Translations under genes and position numbers: made by a program
Shown here: positions 58,391-60,021 of the stretch, piece by piece
Layout of the letters: each line of letters starts with the position of its first letter
How positions within the stretch are numbered: position 1 is the stretch's first letter
The notes under the pieces: model-generated
What the model saw: only the letters and a program-made list of their open reading frames with translations
What the model was told of the DNA's origin: nothing
Databases searched by the model: none
NCBI GenBank assembly: GCA_038245905.1
Contig: JBBRRY010000025.1
Span: 1 to 60,021 of the forward strand
Length of the DNA: 60,021 bases
Direction: 5' to 3'
Origin: Thermoanaerobaculia bacterium
GTDB lineage: Bacteria > Acidobacteriota > Thermoanaerobaculia > UBA5066

Positions 58391-59383
58391 TCACTTCTCC
58401 GCCAGGGAGATCTCGGCGTCGGCGGGCATGCCGGGCTTGAGCTCGTGGCGGGGGTTGGGGATGTCGACCTTGACCCGGTAGACGAGCTTCACGCGCTCCT
58501 TGGTCGTCTGCACGCTCTTGGGCGTGAACTCGGTGTTGGAGGCGATGAACGAGACGCGGCCTTCGTACGCGCTCGTCGAGCTCGAGTCCGTCGTGACGCG
58601 GACGCGCTGGCCAAGCTTGACGCGGCCGAGCTCGGTCTCGTCGATGAAGCCGCGCAGCCAGACGTCGCCGAGGTCGGCCACGGTCACGACGGGGGTTCCG
58701 GCCGCCACCCGCTCGCCCGGCTCGACGTGGTCGGCCAGCACCACGCCGGAGAGGGGCGACACGAGCGTGGCGTACTGGAGCCGGGTCCTCGCGACCTCGT
58801 GCGCCGCCTCGGCCTGACGGACCCGCTCGCGCGCCTGGTCGATCTGCTCTTTCCTCGGGCCGTTCCTGAGGAGAGCCAGCCGCTGCGAGGCCTCCTCGCG
58901 CTGCGCCTGCGCCCCCCGTTGGGTCGCTTCGGCCACCTCGAACTCGCGGCTCGAGATGACGTCCTGCTCGCGGAGGTCCGTCTGACGTTTCAGCTCGGCG
59001 TCGGCGCGCGTCGCCTCGGCACGCGCGCGGGAGAGCGCCGCCTCGGCCTGGGCGATCTCCTCGCGCCGATAGCCGGCCGTCAGCTCCGCGAGGGTGGCCC
59101 GCAGCGCCCCTGTCTCGGCACGACGCAGCTCGAGCTCTTGCTCGAGCTCCTCGGTGTCGAGCCTGGCGACGACCTGACCCGCCTTCACGGGCATCCCTTC
59201 CGAGACGAGCCGCCGGGCCGTCTTGCCCGGGATGTTGAAGCTAAGCTCGACGTCCTTGACCTCGATGTTCCCGGAGAGCTTCAGGACGCTCGAGGCCGAT
59301 GTCGTCTTCGATGTGTGGACGAGGGTGACGGTGACGGCGGCGAGGGCCACAACCGCGGGAAGCACGATGAGACGTTTGTTCAT
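58391..59383 (-). CDS. HlyD/YbhG-type membrane fusion protein
   Basis: LSGNIE, coiled coil, EFTPKSVQT, LKPGMPAD. Confidence 0.9.
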   Translation of the reverse strand: MNKRLIVLPAVVALAAVTVTLVHTSKTTSASSVLKLSGNIEVKDVELSFNIPGKTARRLVSEGMPVKAGQVVARLDTEELEQELELRRAETGALRATLAELTAGYRREEIAQAEAALSRARAEATRADAELKRQTDLREQDVISSREFEVAEATQRGAQAQREEASQRLALLRNGPRKEQIDQARERVRQAEAAHEVARTRLQYATLVSPLSGVVLADHVEPGERVAAGTPVVTVADLGDVWLRGFIDETELGRVKLGQRVRVTTDSSSTSAYEGRVSFIASNTEFTPKSVQTTKERVKLVYRVKVDIPNPRHELKPGMPADAEISLAEK

Positions 59384-60021
59384 GGGATCTTTTGACCTCT
59401 TCGGGGGGTTGTCCTGGTCTTTCGCCCGTGGCGCGCCCCGGCCGTGCCGTTTGTGTCGGCGGTGGAGGTCGCGCGGACGGAACAAAGCCCGTTCAGAAGC
59501 AGGTCGGCGATCGGCCCGCCGAGATCGCCGGAGACGTCGGCGGGCGGGGACTCCCTCTCCAGCTCGCCCAGTCTCTTCATGATCGGGCCGCTAGCCGAAA
59601 GAAACATCACGCTGCCCGCGATGACGAGGTGCGTGAGAAGCGGATTCACGGGGCGGAAGCTCGCGTCGACCCGCCCCGCCTGGAGGATCTGCCGGAGGGT
59701 GCGGAAGAGGCCCCCCATCTTCCGGAGGACCGCCTCGGGGAGGTTGCTTCCGCCTCCGGCGAACTCCCGCAGGATCAGGGTCGGGAGGTGCGGGTTCTCC
59801 CGCGCCACCCGGGCGATCGTCGAGACGAACGCGCGGAGCCGCTCCTCGGGCGTCGTCGCTCCCTGAAGGGCGGCGTCGAGGGCGTTTCTGGCATGGTCGA
59901 GGCTCCCGGAAAAGACCGCCTCGTACAGGTGCGCCTTGTCACCGACGTGGTAGTAGACCATCGCCTTGTTGACGCCAGCCCGTTCGGCGATCGCGTCCAC
60001 GCGCGCCCCGGCAAAACCCTC
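59380..60021 (-). CDS. TetR-family regulator (5' end outside the window)
   Basis: EGFAGARVDAIAERAGVNKAMVYYH HTH. Confidence 0.88.
   Translation of the reverse strand, partial: EGFAGARVDAIAERAGVNKAMVYYHVGDKAHLYEAVFSGSLDHARNALDAALQGATTPEERLRAFVSTIARVARENPHLPTLILREFAGGGSNLPEAVLRKMGGLFRTLRQILQAGRVDASFRPVNPLLTHLVIAGSVMFLSASGPIMKRLGELERESPPADVSGDLGGPIADLLLNGLCSVRATSTADTNGTAGARHGRKTRTTPRRGQKIP

Overview
This is a high-GC bacterial window. The gene content (Hanks-type kinases, DUF1501/DUF1800/DUF1549 proteins, IPTL-CTERM and 'PCRxxDTR' surface domains) suggests Acidobacteriota, probably Thermoanaerobaculia; that assignment is an inference. Left to right it contains: a tRNA-Ala 3' fragment (probable att site) and a decaying accessory block (MscS and SDR remnants, DUF2254, MerA-like reductase, GH144-like protein); a desaturase; a DUF1800-DUF1501 pair; an orphan NtrC-type activator converging on an archaic (Csu/SCPU) chaperone-usher pilus operon with two sigma54 promoters; fcl; a PKD-cupredoxin protein; a stand-alone ATP-dependent ligase; a DUF1549/1553-DUF1501 pair; a kinase-REC hybrid; a deoC-aldehyde dehydrogenase cluster interrupted by about 6.5 kb (UbiA, kinase pseudogene, IPTL-CTERM beta-helix protein); lolE-like, carA and aroF; a MeaB-epimerase fusion; a GAF-GAF sigma54 activator; an NO-stress block (globin, DUF59, membrane protein, two DUF2249, qNOR, methyltransferase); trpS; and a TetR-YbhGFSR-TolC efflux operon. 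Two signals are not explained by the genes. One is an AT/purine-rich motif GATTT(T)CTTAGAAGG that recurs inside unrelated genes in different frames and strands. The other is pervasive leaderless-type starts, with TAnnnT 6-8 nt before the start codon. No CRISPR array, rRNA, intact tRNA or transposase was seen. All family calls come from motif recognition, not database searches.
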